Assembly: GCA_963667785.2 (NCBI GenBank)
Contig: CAXXMU010000006.1
Span: 288,001-352,000, forward strand
Direction: 5' to 3'
DNA: 64,000 nucleotides
From: Alphaproteobacteria bacterium
GTDB lineage: Bacteria > Pseudomonadota > Alphaproteobacteria > UBA828
Part shown: piece after piece, positions 18,819 through 27,711 of the stretch
Numbering within the stretch: the stretch's first letter is position 1
Layout of the letters: each line of letters begins with the position of its first letter
Position numbers and translations under genes: made by a program
The notes under the pieces: generated by a model
What the model was told of the DNA's origin: nothing
Seen by the model: only the letters and a program-made list of their open reading frames with translations
Database searches by the model: none

Positions 18819-20455
18819 TCGAGCATCGCTTCGTCATTTGCGGCGCGCGCCGGGTCATGGTGCGCCGCGCCGGGAGCGGCCCGCCGGTCCTGCTGCTTCA
18901 CGAATCGCCGGTTTCCTCGGCCGCGTTCGTGCCCTTGATCGGGTCGCTGGCCGAGCGCTTCACCGTGATCGCGCCCGACACGCCGGGCTATGGCGGCTCC
19001 GACCCGCTGGCCCTGCACCGGCCGCAGATCCCCGACTATGCCGACGCGCTCAGGGAGGTGGTCGACGGCCTCGGTCTGGAGCGTGTGGCAGTCTTCGGCC
19101 GCCACACCGGGGCCGCCATCGCGATCGAGTTCGCGAACCTCCATCCCGAGCGCGTCAGCGGCGTCGTGCTCGACGGCTGCCCGGCCTTCACGCCGGAAGA
19201 GATGGAGGAGCTCGTGGCGAGCTACCTGCCGCCCTTCCGCCCGGACTGGAGCGGTAGCCACGTCGCCTGGCTCTGGTCCCGCATCCGCGACCAGTTCAGC
19301 TTCTTTCCCTGGAACCGCCAGGGGCCCGCGTCACGGCTCGCCATCGACATGCCCCGGCCCTCGATCCTGAACCGGATTGCGACGGACCTCCTGCTGGCGG
19401 GCGACGGCTACCGCATCGCCTACGAGGCGGCGTTCCGCTACGACGGCGCCGCGGCAGCGGCGGCCGCGCGCGTGCCCGCCCACTACATGGCGACCGAGAC
19501 CGACGTTCTCTTCCCCCACCTCGACCGCCTTCATTCGCTGCCGGACGACGCGCATATCCACCGGCTGACGGACGCGGAGCGCGTGACCGCCATCGGCGAT
19601 CTGCTCGCCGCCTGTGCCGACGGATTGCCGCCGGCGCCGCGTGCGCCGGAGGAAACGGGCGCGCGTCGCTTCATTCAGGCAGACGGCGCGTCGCTGCTGG
19701 TTCGCCAGTGGGGAGATGACGACGCGCGGCCGCTGCTTCTCGTGGCCGATCTGCCGGGATCCACGCGAGGGCTCGACCCCGTCGCCGCCCATCTGGCCAG
19801 GGAGCGCCGGGTCGTCGCCATCGATCCCCCCGGCCACGGCCTCTCCTCCCCCGCTCCGGCCGACATGGCCGACGGCGGCGTCGAGCTTGTGGCCCGCGCG
19901 GTGGCGTCGCTGGGGCTCGGGCAGGTCGATGTCGCCGGGATCAACGCGGGCGCCTGCTGGGCGGCGCATCTCGCCGGGCGCCTTGGGGCGGATTGCGGCC
20001 GTCTGGTGCTGGTCGACCCCCCGCCCGATCCGCAGGCGCTGGCCGAATGCCTGCCGGCAGCCGCGCTTGTGCCCACTTGGAGCGGCGCCCACCTGCTCAC
20101 CGCCTGGCACCTTGCGCGCGAGGCCCTGCTCTACCGGCCCTGGTTCGTGCCCACGGCTGCCACCCGGATGCCGGTGGAGATCGGGCTCGACGTGGACCTC
20201 CTGCACCGGCGCTTCGTCGACACGATCGTCGCCGGTGTGGCCTTCCCCGAGACGCTCCGCGCAGTATGCGAGCGGCCCTGGCCGGCTCTGCTCGGGCCGC
20301 TGGCGGACAGGGTCGCGGTCGTCACCGGCCAGGGCATGCCGGACGCGGCGGAACAGGCGGCGCTTGCCGCAGATGCTTCCGCTCCGGTCACCCGTGCCGT
20401 CCCCGACGCGCGGGGCTACGCCGGCGCGATCATCGCGACAGTGGCGCGAGAGTGA
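18815..20455 (+). CDS. Tandem two-domain alpha/beta-hydrolase-fold protein
   Basis: Two repeats of the alpha/beta-hydrolase core (APDTPGYGGS; AIDPPGHGLS); elbows GRHTG and GINAG. Confidence 0.8.
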   Translation: MIEHRFVICGARRVMVRRAGSGPPVLLLHESPVSSAAFVPLIGSLAERFTVIAPDTPGYGGSDPLALHRPQIPDYADALREVVDGLGLERVAVFGRHTGAAIAIEFANLHPERVSGVVLDGCPAFTPEEMEELVASYLPPFRPDWSGSHVAWLWSRIRDQFSFFPWNRQGPASRLAIDMPRPSILNRIATDLLLAGDGYRIAYEAAFRYDGAAAAAAARVPAHYMATETDVLFPHLDRLHSLPDDAHIHRLTDAERVTAIGDLLAACADGLPPAPRAPEETGARRFIQADGASLLVRQWGDDDARPLLLVADLPGSTRGLDPVAAHLARERRVVAIDPPGHGLSSPAPADMADGGVELVARAVASLGLGQVDVAGINAGACWAAHLAGRLGADCGRLVLVDPPPDPQALAECLPAAALVPTWSGAHLLTAWHLAREALLYRPWFVPTAATRMPVEIGLDVDLLHRRFVDTIVAGVAFPETLRAVCERPWPALLGPLADRVAVVTGQGMPDAAEQAALAADASAPVTRAVPDARGYAGAIIATVARE

Positions 20456-22011
20456 GCGGCGGCCTCGCGGCGCGCCTCGCCGATCTGGTCGGCGCGGTGA
20501 ACGTCATCGACGATCCGGCGGAGCGCGCCTACTACGCCCACGACATCGCCGGCCCTGCGCCGCACCCGGCGCACCTCGTTGTCCGCCCGCCGAGCGTGGA
20601 CGCCACCGTCGCCAGCGTCGCGGCGATCACCGGCGCGGGCCATGCGCTTACCGTGCGGGGCGGTGGGCATTCCTACACCGGCGGCTACGGGCCGACGCGG
20701 CCGGGAACGGTCATCCTCGACATGAGCGCGCTCGACCGGGTGGTCGAGATCGACGAGGCCGACGGCTGGGTGACCGCCGAGGCCGGCTGCACATGGCGCA
20801 CGCTCAACGACGCGCTTGCCGAGGTGGGGCGTCGCACGCCGTTCTTCGGCCCGCTCTCCGGCATCGTGGCGACGGTCGGCGGCACCGCGTCGCAGAACGC
20901 CGCGTTCTTCGGCTCGGCTCGTCACGGCCCGATGTCGGAGAGCGTGCTCGGCCTCGACGTGGTGACGGCGGACGGGTCCCTGATGCGGCTCGGGCGCGTC
21001 GGCGATCAGGCGTTCGCGCGGGACTTCGGGCCCGATGCCGCGGGGCTCTTCCTAGGCGACGGCGGCGCCCTCGGCGTCAAGGTGCGCATCGCCCTGAGGC
21101 TCGTTCCCGTGCCCGAGGCAGTCCGCTTCGCCTCCTTCGCGTTCGAGAGTTTTGGGGCCGCGATCGACGCGCAGATCGCGCTCGCGGGCAGGGACGCGAT
21201 CAGCGAGAGCTACGGCTTCGACGCCGAGACCCACGAGAACCTGCGCCGGGCCGGTTTCAGCATCGGCGAGGGGGCGACGGCGCTTCGCGACGTGGCGCAG
21301 GCGGAGGGTGGGCGGGCGAGCGGCATTGCGGCGGCGGTCAGGACCGCAACGGGCGTGCGCCGCGCCATGGGTGAGACGCGCAACTCCCTCCACCTCGTGA
21401 TCGAGGGCGCGAGCGAAGCGGCAGCGGCGGAGGCCTGCGACGAGGTCGCCGCTTGCGCCCGCCGCCACGGCGGCGCCGAGATCCCCGACACGATCCCGCG
21501 CATCACCCGCTCGCGGCCCTTCCGCCCGCTCAAGGCGCTACTCGGGCCGGAGGGCGAGGCCTGGCTGCCGATGCACGGCCTGCTGCCGCTCTCCCGTGCG
21601 CGGGCCGGCCTGCAGGCGGTGGAAGACTGCCTCGCGACCCACAGGGGCGAGATGCAGGCGCTCGGCATCCGCGTCACGCGGCTCACGACCATGGTCGGCG
21701 ACCGGCTGCTGCTGGAGCCGCAGTTCTTCTGGCCGGATGCGCTCTCGCCCTTTCATCTGCGCGCCGTTACGGACGCGCAACGAGCGCAGTACGCGGATCG
21801 ACCACCGAACGAGGAGGCGCGGGCGCAGGCGCGCGCCTTGCGTGCGGCCCTGGTCGAGGCGCTCGCCACCCACGGCGCGACCCACTACCAGATCGGCACC
21901 TACTATCCTTATCTGGAGCGCATCGATCCGGGCCAGCGGTGGCTCATCGAGTCACTGAAACGGACACTCGATCCGAAGAATTTGATGAGTCCCGGCGTCC
22001 TGGGGCTTTAA
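20452..22011 (+). CDS. FAD-binding oxidoreductase (VAO/PCMH, D-lactate/glycolate oxidase-like)
   Basis: VRGGGHSYTGG, ATVGG, LKRTLDPKNLMSPGVL; GTGA overlap with the upstream stop. Confidence 0.88.
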   Translation: MSGGLAARLADLVGAVNVIDDPAERAYYAHDIAGPAPHPAHLVVRPPSVDATVASVAAITGAGHALTVRGGGHSYTGGYGPTRPGTVILDMSALDRVVEIDEADGWVTAEAGCTWRTLNDALAEVGRRTPFFGPLSGIVATVGGTASQNAAFFGSARHGPMSESVLGLDVVTADGSLMRLGRVGDQAFARDFGPDAAGLFLGDGGALGVKVRIALRLVPVPEAVRFASFAFESFGAAIDAQIALAGRDAISESYGFDAETHENLRRAGFSIGEGATALRDVAQAEGGRASGIAAAVRTATGVRRAMGETRNSLHLVIEGASEAAAAEACDEVAACARRHGGAEIPDTIPRITRSRPFRPLKALLGPEGEAWLPMHGLLPLSRARAGLQAVEDCLATHRGEMQALGIRVTRLTTMVGDRLLLEPQFFWPDALSPFHLRAVTDAQRAQYADRPPNEEARAQARALRAALVEALATHGATHYQIGTYYPYLERIDPGQRWLIESLKRTLDPKNLMSPGVLGL

Positions 22012-22026
22012 CGTTCGGAATCCGGG

Positions 22027-22608
22027 CTACGCCGCCGCACGCGGCCCGATCGGGCAGTGCGCCTCGCGCTCGACGAGGTCGTAAACGAAGAGGAACTTGG
22101 CGATCCCGGTGAGCACGGCCGCCACCATGCCGAGCTCGAATATTTCGCCATCGTCGAAATGCGCCGAGAGATCGGCGTAGAGGGCGGGCGAGAGCTGCCC
22201 CTCCATGTTGGGGAGCGCCATCTCGGCGGCGAGACGTAGCACCGCGCGCTCCTTCGCGGAGAAGGCGTCGTTCTCCTCGTGCATGATGGCATCGAGCTGG
22301 GCGTCGCCGACTCCGGCGCGGCGCGCGGCCTCGACGTTCCCCTTGTTGCAGAAGGCGCAGCCGTGAGTCATCGAAAGCCGATAGCGCAGCAGTTCCTTGA
22401 TCCTGACGTCCACCCGGCCGCCGTAGAAGACGCCCTCGTAGAAACTCTTGAAGTACCATTCGAGCATGTGGGGCGCGTTGGCGCCGATCTCGTAGAAGGT
22501 CGCATCGCCGCCCTTGCTCTCCTGCAGCGCGCGGCTCTGCCGATAGGCGTCTTGCAGCCAGTCGCCCATGGCGTCCGGCCCCACCCTCCGCAACAAGGGA
22601 TTGGGCAT
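22027..22608 (-). CDS. Carboxymuconolactone decarboxylase/AhpD-family protein
   Basis: KELLRYRLSMTHGCAFC (CxxC), FSAKERAVL, HFDDGEIFEL; ATG at 22608 after GGAGG. Confidence 0.8.
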   Translation of the reverse strand: MPNPLLRRVGPDAMGDWLQDAYRQSRALQESKGGDATFYEIGANAPHMLEWYFKSFYEGVFYGGRVDVRIKELLRYRLSMTHGCAFCNKGNVEAARRAGVGDAQLDAIMHEENDAFSAKERAVLRLAAEMALPNMEGQLSPALYADLSAHFDDGEIFELGMVAAVLTGIAKFLFVYDLVEREAHCPIGPRAAA

Positions 22609-23277
22609 ATCCGCCTCCCCGGATCGTGAACATCCCGCGACGGCGAGAGTGGCACGAAACCGCTCCTCCCGCCACGCCCACGCACACACGGGCAACGCCG
22701 ATGCGCATTCCAGAAGCCCTCGTACTGAGCTGCATACTCGGCTCCGGAAGCCCGCTATGCTCCGTCTGGGTGTGTTGGGCCAACTGTGGGGCTGGCGAGA
22801 AGACGCCCCTGGGACGTGGTGTGTATCAATAGGTCATGCGAGGGTGCGCATCCTCGTCCCTCCGCCAGCCTCGCTCCACGCAACATCGGCATATGCCGCT
22901 ACCCCCCGGAATACGACGGCTTTCATGTCTCTGACGCGAGCGCGCCGGGCCCGGCTGGCGGGTCGCGGCCGCGGCGATGACAGCCGCGCCTATTCCGATC
23001 TTCTCCCTCCTCGTGTGGCGCTATATCGTGCGGGCATCCGACGCGGCAGCCGCAGGACGAACGACATGGCAATGCCCGAATCCGACGACTCGGGCCGGGT
23101 TTCGCGCGTCTGCGCGCGCGACTCCGCGAGAGGCCGCGTGCCGGCGCGAGCGTTCGACCGCAGTGGCCGGGCGGCACCCCTCATAGCCCTGAGGACGCGG
23201 GATACCTGAGACCTCTATCGAATGCGGGCTAGAATGCGCGGGCCCGCCACGCTGCCGAACGGTGAAAGGACCGAGCG

Positions 23278-23946
23278 ATGGAACTGTACGAGGCGATGCG
23301 CACGACGTTTGCCGCGCGCGACTTTACCGACGAGCACCTGCCCGACGAGGTGCTCTACGAGATGATCGAGAATGCCCGCTTCTCGCCGAGCGGGGGCAAT
23401 CGCCAGGGCAACCGGGTCATCGTCGTGCGCGACATGGCGACGCGCGAGCGGATCGCCGAGCTGACGGTGCCGGTCGCCAAGCGCTACCGCGCCCAGATCG
23501 ACGCGGGCGAGAGCCCCTGGAGCGCGCACGTGCCGACCAAGGTCCCGCCCGAGCAGATCGAGGCGACCCCCGCGCCGGCGATGCTGACCGAGCCCTACAC
23601 GCAGTCCTCGGTCGTGCTCGTCGTCTGCGTCGACCTCAAGGTCGTCGCCGCAACCGACCAGTATCTCGACCGGGTCGGGGTGATCAGCGGCGCCTCGATC
23701 TACCCCTTCGTCTGGAGCCTGCTGCTGGCGGCGCGTCAGAACGGCTTCGGCGGCACCATCACGACGCTCCCCATCGCCCACGAGCCCGAGATCAAGGCGC
23801 TCCTGAACATTCCGGACGATCACGCCGTCTGCGCCGTCGTGCCCCTCGGCCGACCGCCCAAGCAGCTCACCAAGCTGAAGCGCCGCCCGGTGGAGGAGAT
23901 CGCCACCCGCGAGCGCTTCGACGGCGCGGTGTTCACGCTGGACTGA
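23278..23946 (+). CDS. Nitroreductase-family protein
   Basis: MELYEAMRT..ARFSPSGGNRQ, LLLAARQNGFG, VPLGRP. Confidence 0.88.
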   Translation: MELYEAMRTTFAARDFTDEHLPDEVLYEMIENARFSPSGGNRQGNRVIVVRDMATRERIAELTVPVAKRYRAQIDAGESPWSAHVPTKVPPEQIEATPAPAMLTEPYTQSSVVLVVCVDLKVVAATDQYLDRVGVISGASIYPFVWSLLLAARQNGFGGTITTLPIAHEPEIKALLNIPDDHAVCAVVPLGRPPKQLTKLKRRPVEEIATRERFDGAVFTLD

Positions 23947-23994
23947 CGTACGCCCGCCTGAGACGACAGGGCGGACAGCCGGGGGCAAAGACAA

Positions 23995-24028
23995 CGAGAC
24001 CCCGCAGGCATTGCCCGGCGGGGTCTCG
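23995..24028 (+). terminator. Stem-loop downstream of the nitroreductase gene
   Basis: cgagaccccgc ... gcggggtctcg, perfect 11-bp inverted repeat. Confidence 0.55.
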
Positions 24029-24092
24029 CGCCGATCGTGGGACCGCACAGCGCCCGCACGGCGCGTGCAGCCGGTGTGACTCGCAAAAATAC

Positions 24093-24147
24093 TCTACCGA
24101 AGGGTTGAACATTTGCCGGGAGCCGGTATGTTCAACCACATGGTTGA
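24093..24147. promoter_or_regulatory. Putative ArsR autoregulatory operator
   Basis: Perfect TCAACCA-ca-TGGTTGA at 24132-24147 overlapping the ArsR start, plus a degenerate copy TCTACCG-aa-GGGTTGA at 24093-24108. Confidence 0.65.
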
Positions 24148-24481
24148 GAATGATCTGAATCGAGTCTTCCACGCGCTCGGCGATCCCACCCGCCGCGCCA
24201 TCCTCGATCGTCTGGCCGAGGGGGAAGCGACCGTCAGCCACCTCTCCCGGCCTTTCGACCTCTCGTTCGCCGCGGTGTCGAAGCATCTCGGCGTGCTCGA
24301 ACGGGCCGGCCTCGTGACGCGCGAAACGCGGGGACGGGAACGGGTGTGCCGGATCAACCCGGCCGCGCTCGAGGACGCCCGCTCATGGCTCGAGTTCCAC
24401 GAGCGCTTCTGGACGGACCGCCTTGAGGCGCTCGAGGCCCTTGTCGGGGCCGCCCCGGACAGACCGGACGAATCGCGATGA
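24128..24481 (+). CDS. ArsR/SmtB-family transcriptional regulator
   Basis: VFHALGDPTRRAIL..AVSKHLGVLERAGLV; start at 24128 or 24140. Confidence 0.9.
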   Translation: MFNHMVENDLNRVFHALGDPTRRAILDRLAEGEATVSHLSRPFDLSFAAVSKHLGVLERAGLVTRETRGRERVCRINPAALEDARSWLEFHERFWTDRLEALEALVGAAPDRPDESR

Positions 24482-24939
24482 CCGAGCTCAAACCATCAGC
24501 GGCAGACACCGAACGAAACATCTACTTGACGCTGCATCGCGTGATCGACGCGCCGGTCGAGGCGGTCTACGCCGCGTGGACCAAGCCGGAGATGCTGCGT
24601 CGCTGGCTGGCGCCCGGCGATACAACGGTCGTGCGCGCGGTCGCCGAGCCCGAGGTCGGCGGAACGTTCCTGGTCGAGATGCGGGGTGCGGACGGGCGGA
24701 AATGGCTCACCCGTGGCCTCTATCGAGAAGTCGTGCCGCACCGTCGGCTGGTTCACACCTGGCGCTGGGAGGGCGCCGAGGTCGAGACGCTGGTCACCGT
24801 CGAGTTCGAGCCGGAGGCGCCCGGCAGGACGCGCCTGACCCTGACTCACTCCCGGTTCGCGGACGACGAGGCGCGCGACGAGCACGTGCGGGGCTGGAGC
24901 GGCTGCCTCGCGAAACTGGAGGCGTTGTGGGCGGGATGA
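24478..24939 (+). CDS. SRPBCC/AHSA1 (START-like) ligand-binding protein
   Basis: RVIDAPVEAVYAAWT.PE..RW, TRLTLTH, HVRGW; canonical partner of ArsR. Confidence 0.88.
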   Translation: MTELKPSAADTERNIYLTLHRVIDAPVEAVYAAWTKPEMLRRWLAPGDTTVVRAVAEPEVGGTFLVEMRGADGRKWLTRGLYREVVPHRRLVHTWRWEGAEVETLVTVEFEPEAPGRTRLTLTHSRFADDEARDEHVRGWSGCLAKLEALWAG

Positions 24940-25856
24940 ACCGGATCGCGCCGGCCCGTCGTCCAGACTGGGTGTCGGACGACATGTATCCCTTCGAGAG
25001 CAGGTTCTTCGCCACCGAGTCGGGGCACCGGATGCACGTCGTCGACGAGGGCGAGGGCGAGCCGATCGTGTTCGTGCACGGCAACCCGGCCTGGTCGTTC
25101 GAATTCCGTCATGTAATCCGGGAGCTTCGTGCGGAGTTTCGCTGCGTCGCGCCGGATCATATCGGCTTCGGCCTGTCGTCGCGCAGCAGCCAACGCGAGG
25201 ACCATCATCCGGAAAGTCACGCGCAGAGGTTCGCCGCCCTGCTCGACCGTCTCGACCTTCGCGACATCACGCTCTTCATGAACGACTGGGGCGGGCCCAT
25301 CGGCCTCGACTTCGCGCGCAGGCATCCGGAGCGCGTCCGTCGTCTCGTCATCGCGAATACCTGGTGCTGGCCGGTCGGCGACGACTTCCACTTCAAGGCG
25401 TTCAGCTTCCTGATGTCGAGCTGGATCGGCCAGTACCTCATCCGGCGCCGCAACATGTTCGTGAACAGGGTGATGCCGAAGGCGGTGGGGGATCGAAGCA
25501 TCCTGACGCCGGAGATCATGGCGCATTACCGCAACGCGCAGCCGACGTCCGATACGCGGGCCGCCATGGCAGCCTTCCCGGGTCACATCGTCGGCGCGGG
25601 CGACTGGCTGCGCTCGATCTGGGAGGACCGCGCGGCCTTTGCCGACAAGCCGGCGCTCCTTCTCTGGGGCCTGAAGGACATTGCGTTCCGAAGGAAGGAA
25701 CTCGAACGGTGGACGTCCGTTCTGCCGGACCATGAGCTGCACGAGTTCGAGGACTGCGGGCACTTTCTCGCGGAAGAGACGCCCGACAGGGTCGCATCCG
25801 CGCTCCGGGACTTCATGGAGCGAGCGGGATTCCGGCCCGGCGAGCGAGAAGGCTGA
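24936..25856 (+). CDS. Haloalkane dehalogenase/OleB-like alpha/beta hydrolase
   Basis: HGNPAWS, nucleophile elbow NDWGG, WGLKD, CGHF; ATGA overlap. Confidence 0.82.
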   Translation: MNRIAPARRPDWVSDDMYPFESRFFATESGHRMHVVDEGEGEPIVFVHGNPAWSFEFRHVIRELRAEFRCVAPDHIGFGLSSRSSQREDHHPESHAQRFAALLDRLDLRDITLFMNDWGGPIGLDFARRHPERVRRLVIANTWCWPVGDDFHFKAFSFLMSSWIGQYLIRRRNMFVNRVMPKAVGDRSILTPEIMAHYRNAQPTSDTRAAMAAFPGHIVGAGDWLRSIWEDRAAFADKPALLLWGLKDIAFRRKELERWTSVLPDHELHEFEDCGHFLAEETPDRVASALRDFMERAGFRPGEREG

Positions 25857-26039
25857 CCTGCGCGTGTGTGGGGAGCGGCGAAATCCATCCGCTCGAGAGC
25901 GGCGCCCGACGGGATAAGAACGAGTCAGCGCGGCGGAAGTTGCCGACGACTGCGACGCGTTGCGCAGGGATAGGCGGTCAGGGATGTCCGCCCGGAGTCC
26001 ACGGTCGCCAGGACCGCCGCGACATCGATATGGAGCGAC

Positions 26040-27071
26040 TCAGCCGGGCTTGCGGGCGACGAAACAGTAGAGCGGCGTGAATATGCCCATCTTGCCGCCC
26101 GCGACGTAGGCGTTGGCCGTTCTGTCCATCAATTGAATAAGGTCCGCAGAACCCTTCGGAAAGAACCGGAACGCCTCCGCCAATCGCAGACCCGCGAATA
26201 TCGCCTTGCGGCCCAGGGGCGTCCTGCGAAACGCATTGCGCAACGTGCCGCTCTGACCTTCCATGGGTCGATACCACCCTACGCCCTGGCCTTCCCTGTC
26301 GTCCCTGTCCGCCGCTTCGATGACGTCGTATCCCGCAGCCTCAAGCGCGCGATTCACCTCGGCGAACGTGGCGATCTCTTTCAGGGCGATCCCCAGCTTG
26401 AGTTCATGCTTGGCGGTGCGGTGAAGGCTGTCGTCGGGGTCGAACTTTTCTGTCATGCACATCTCCTGACCCCACAGCCGGGCTCCCGGTTTCAGCACAC
26501 GATAGATCTCCGCAAACGCGCGCTCCTTGTCCGGCGCATGGCACGTCGACTCGATCGCATAGCCCGCATCGAACGAGTCGGCTTCAATCGCGCTCATATC
26601 CATGAAGTTGCATTTGACGTACTCGGCCATGTCGTCGAGCCCCGCCTCGACGTTCCTCCGCCTGGCCTCTTCCAGCTGCCGTTCGTTATTGTTGATGCAG
26701 ACGACCCTGACGCCGCTTTCGCGGGCAACCCGCCGCATGGGGCCGCCCACTCCGCAGCCGACATCGACGACCACCATGCCCTCTCGCAAGCCCAGCTTTT
26801 CGATCATCAGGCGCTGATGGCGAATGATCGATTCTTCCAGCGATTCCCCGCGCGTCAATGGCGCAAAGTGCAGGGATTCGCTCCACCCGAATTGCATGAT
26901 GTCGTTGCACAATGAATAGTAATCGTTCACCGTTTCGGTGAAGTCATAACTGCTGCCATCGGCTTCAGCCTGCCTCATTCTGTCAGGCCAACCGTGAAAG
27001 CGTGCGACGCGACTACCGACGTCCCGGCCCTGGCGAACGATCTGCAGGAGTCTGAACGGACTTGTCGACAT
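26040..27071 (-). CDS. Sterol C24-methyltransferase-like SAM-dependent methyltransferase
   Basis: VNDYY..GWSESLHFAP, DVGCGVGGP, YAIESTCHAP, EIYRVLKPG, GGKMGIFTP..ARKP: all the ERG6/SMT-type regions. Confidence 0.85.
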   Translation of the reverse strand: MSTSPFRLLQIVRQGRDVGSRVARFHGWPDRMRQAEADGSSYDFTETVNDYYSLCNDIMQFGWSESLHFAPLTRGESLEESIIRHQRLMIEKLGLREGMVVVDVGCGVGGPMRRVARESGVRVVCINNNERQLEEARRRNVEAGLDDMAEYVKCNFMDMSAIEADSFDAGYAIESTCHAPDKERAFAEIYRVLKPGARLWGQEMCMTEKFDPDDSLHRTAKHELKLGIALKEIATFAEVNRALEAAGYDVIEAADRDDREGQGVGWYRPMEGQSGTLRNAFRRTPLGRKAIFAGLRLAEAFRFFPKGSADLIQLMDRTANAYVAGGKMGIFTPLYCFVARKPG

Positions 27072-27156
27072 GTGCCGTTTGTTGAACCTGTTGCGGTTTT
27101 CTGGTCTCGTTAGTGGCGGCAGCGGCGTGAGAAATGTTTGCCGCCGCTACACTGGC

Positions 27157-27363
27157 TTATTTCCCGACAATAGGGGAGGGATTCACGCGAAGGTGGCGCC
27201 CTTCGCCGCTACCGCCGGGCCTTGCACAGGTCAAGGGCAAAGCCCCTTGATCAACCCGGCCCTTGGCACCGCTGGGCCTGACGCACGAATGGAGCGTGCC
27301 ACCGTCGCCGTACATGCCCGGCTTGGCGAGCGATTTCGCCTTCGCAGTGGTCAGCCGTCCCAT
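27157..27363 (-). pseudogene. Truncated P4-like tyrosine integrase (N-terminal arm-binding fragment)
   Basis: MGRLTTAKAKSLAKPGMYGDGGTL resembles the integrase Arm-DNA-binding N-terminus, then degenerates; about 150 bp from the tRNA 3' end; cccaca direct repeats upstream. Confidence 0.7.
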
Positions 27364-27441
27364 GCAGTCCCCACATCCACACCCACACTCGATCACACAT
27401 TCTGGTGGAATCGAGCGGAACGGACAAGTACGAAAACAAGG

Positions 27442-27467
27442 AAAAAGCCCTGCCGGGGCAGGGCTTT
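27442..27467 (-). terminator. Rho-independent terminator of tRNA-Asn
   Basis: aaagccctgcc/ggcagggcttt stem ending in a T-run on the minus strand. Confidence 0.75.
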
Positions 27468-27511
27468 AGTGGCTTTCCTGAGAACAGGATGGACCTTGTC
27501 GGTCCTTGATC

Positions 27512-27587
27512 TGGCTCCCCGGGCCGGACTCGAACCAGCGACCCAGCGGTTAACAGCCGCTTGCTCTACCAACTGAGCTACCGGGGA
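27512..27587 (-). tRNA. tRNA-Asn (GTT)
   Basis: TCCCCGGTAGCTCAGTTGGTAGAGC..CTGTTAA..GGTTCGAGTCC..GGGGAGCCA, 76 nt with encoded CCA. Confidence 0.97.
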
Positions 27588-27711
27588 TCATGGATTGCCT
27601 TCTGGCCGCTCACCTCCCGGCTGAACGTCCATTCTCGCTCCATATAGCACCAAAGGAGCGCCCGTTCCAGACACCCCGGCCCCGGCAAGCGGAGCCGCCC
27701 CAACCGCGGCG

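Noticed and set aside
22649-22664. TGGCAC...GC sigma-54-like promoter
   Set aside because: GG-to-GC spacing is 9 rather than 10 nt, TTGC is absent, and no suitably placed gene follows
23278-23946. Nitroreductase as the azoline dehydrogenase of the RiPP
   Set aside because: More than 8 kb outside the cluster, beyond two tRNAs, and it looks like a generic stand-alone nitroreductase
27111-27149. Imperfect inverted repeat upstream of the SMT gene
   Set aside because: Single GC-rich occurrence; cannot be distinguished from chance
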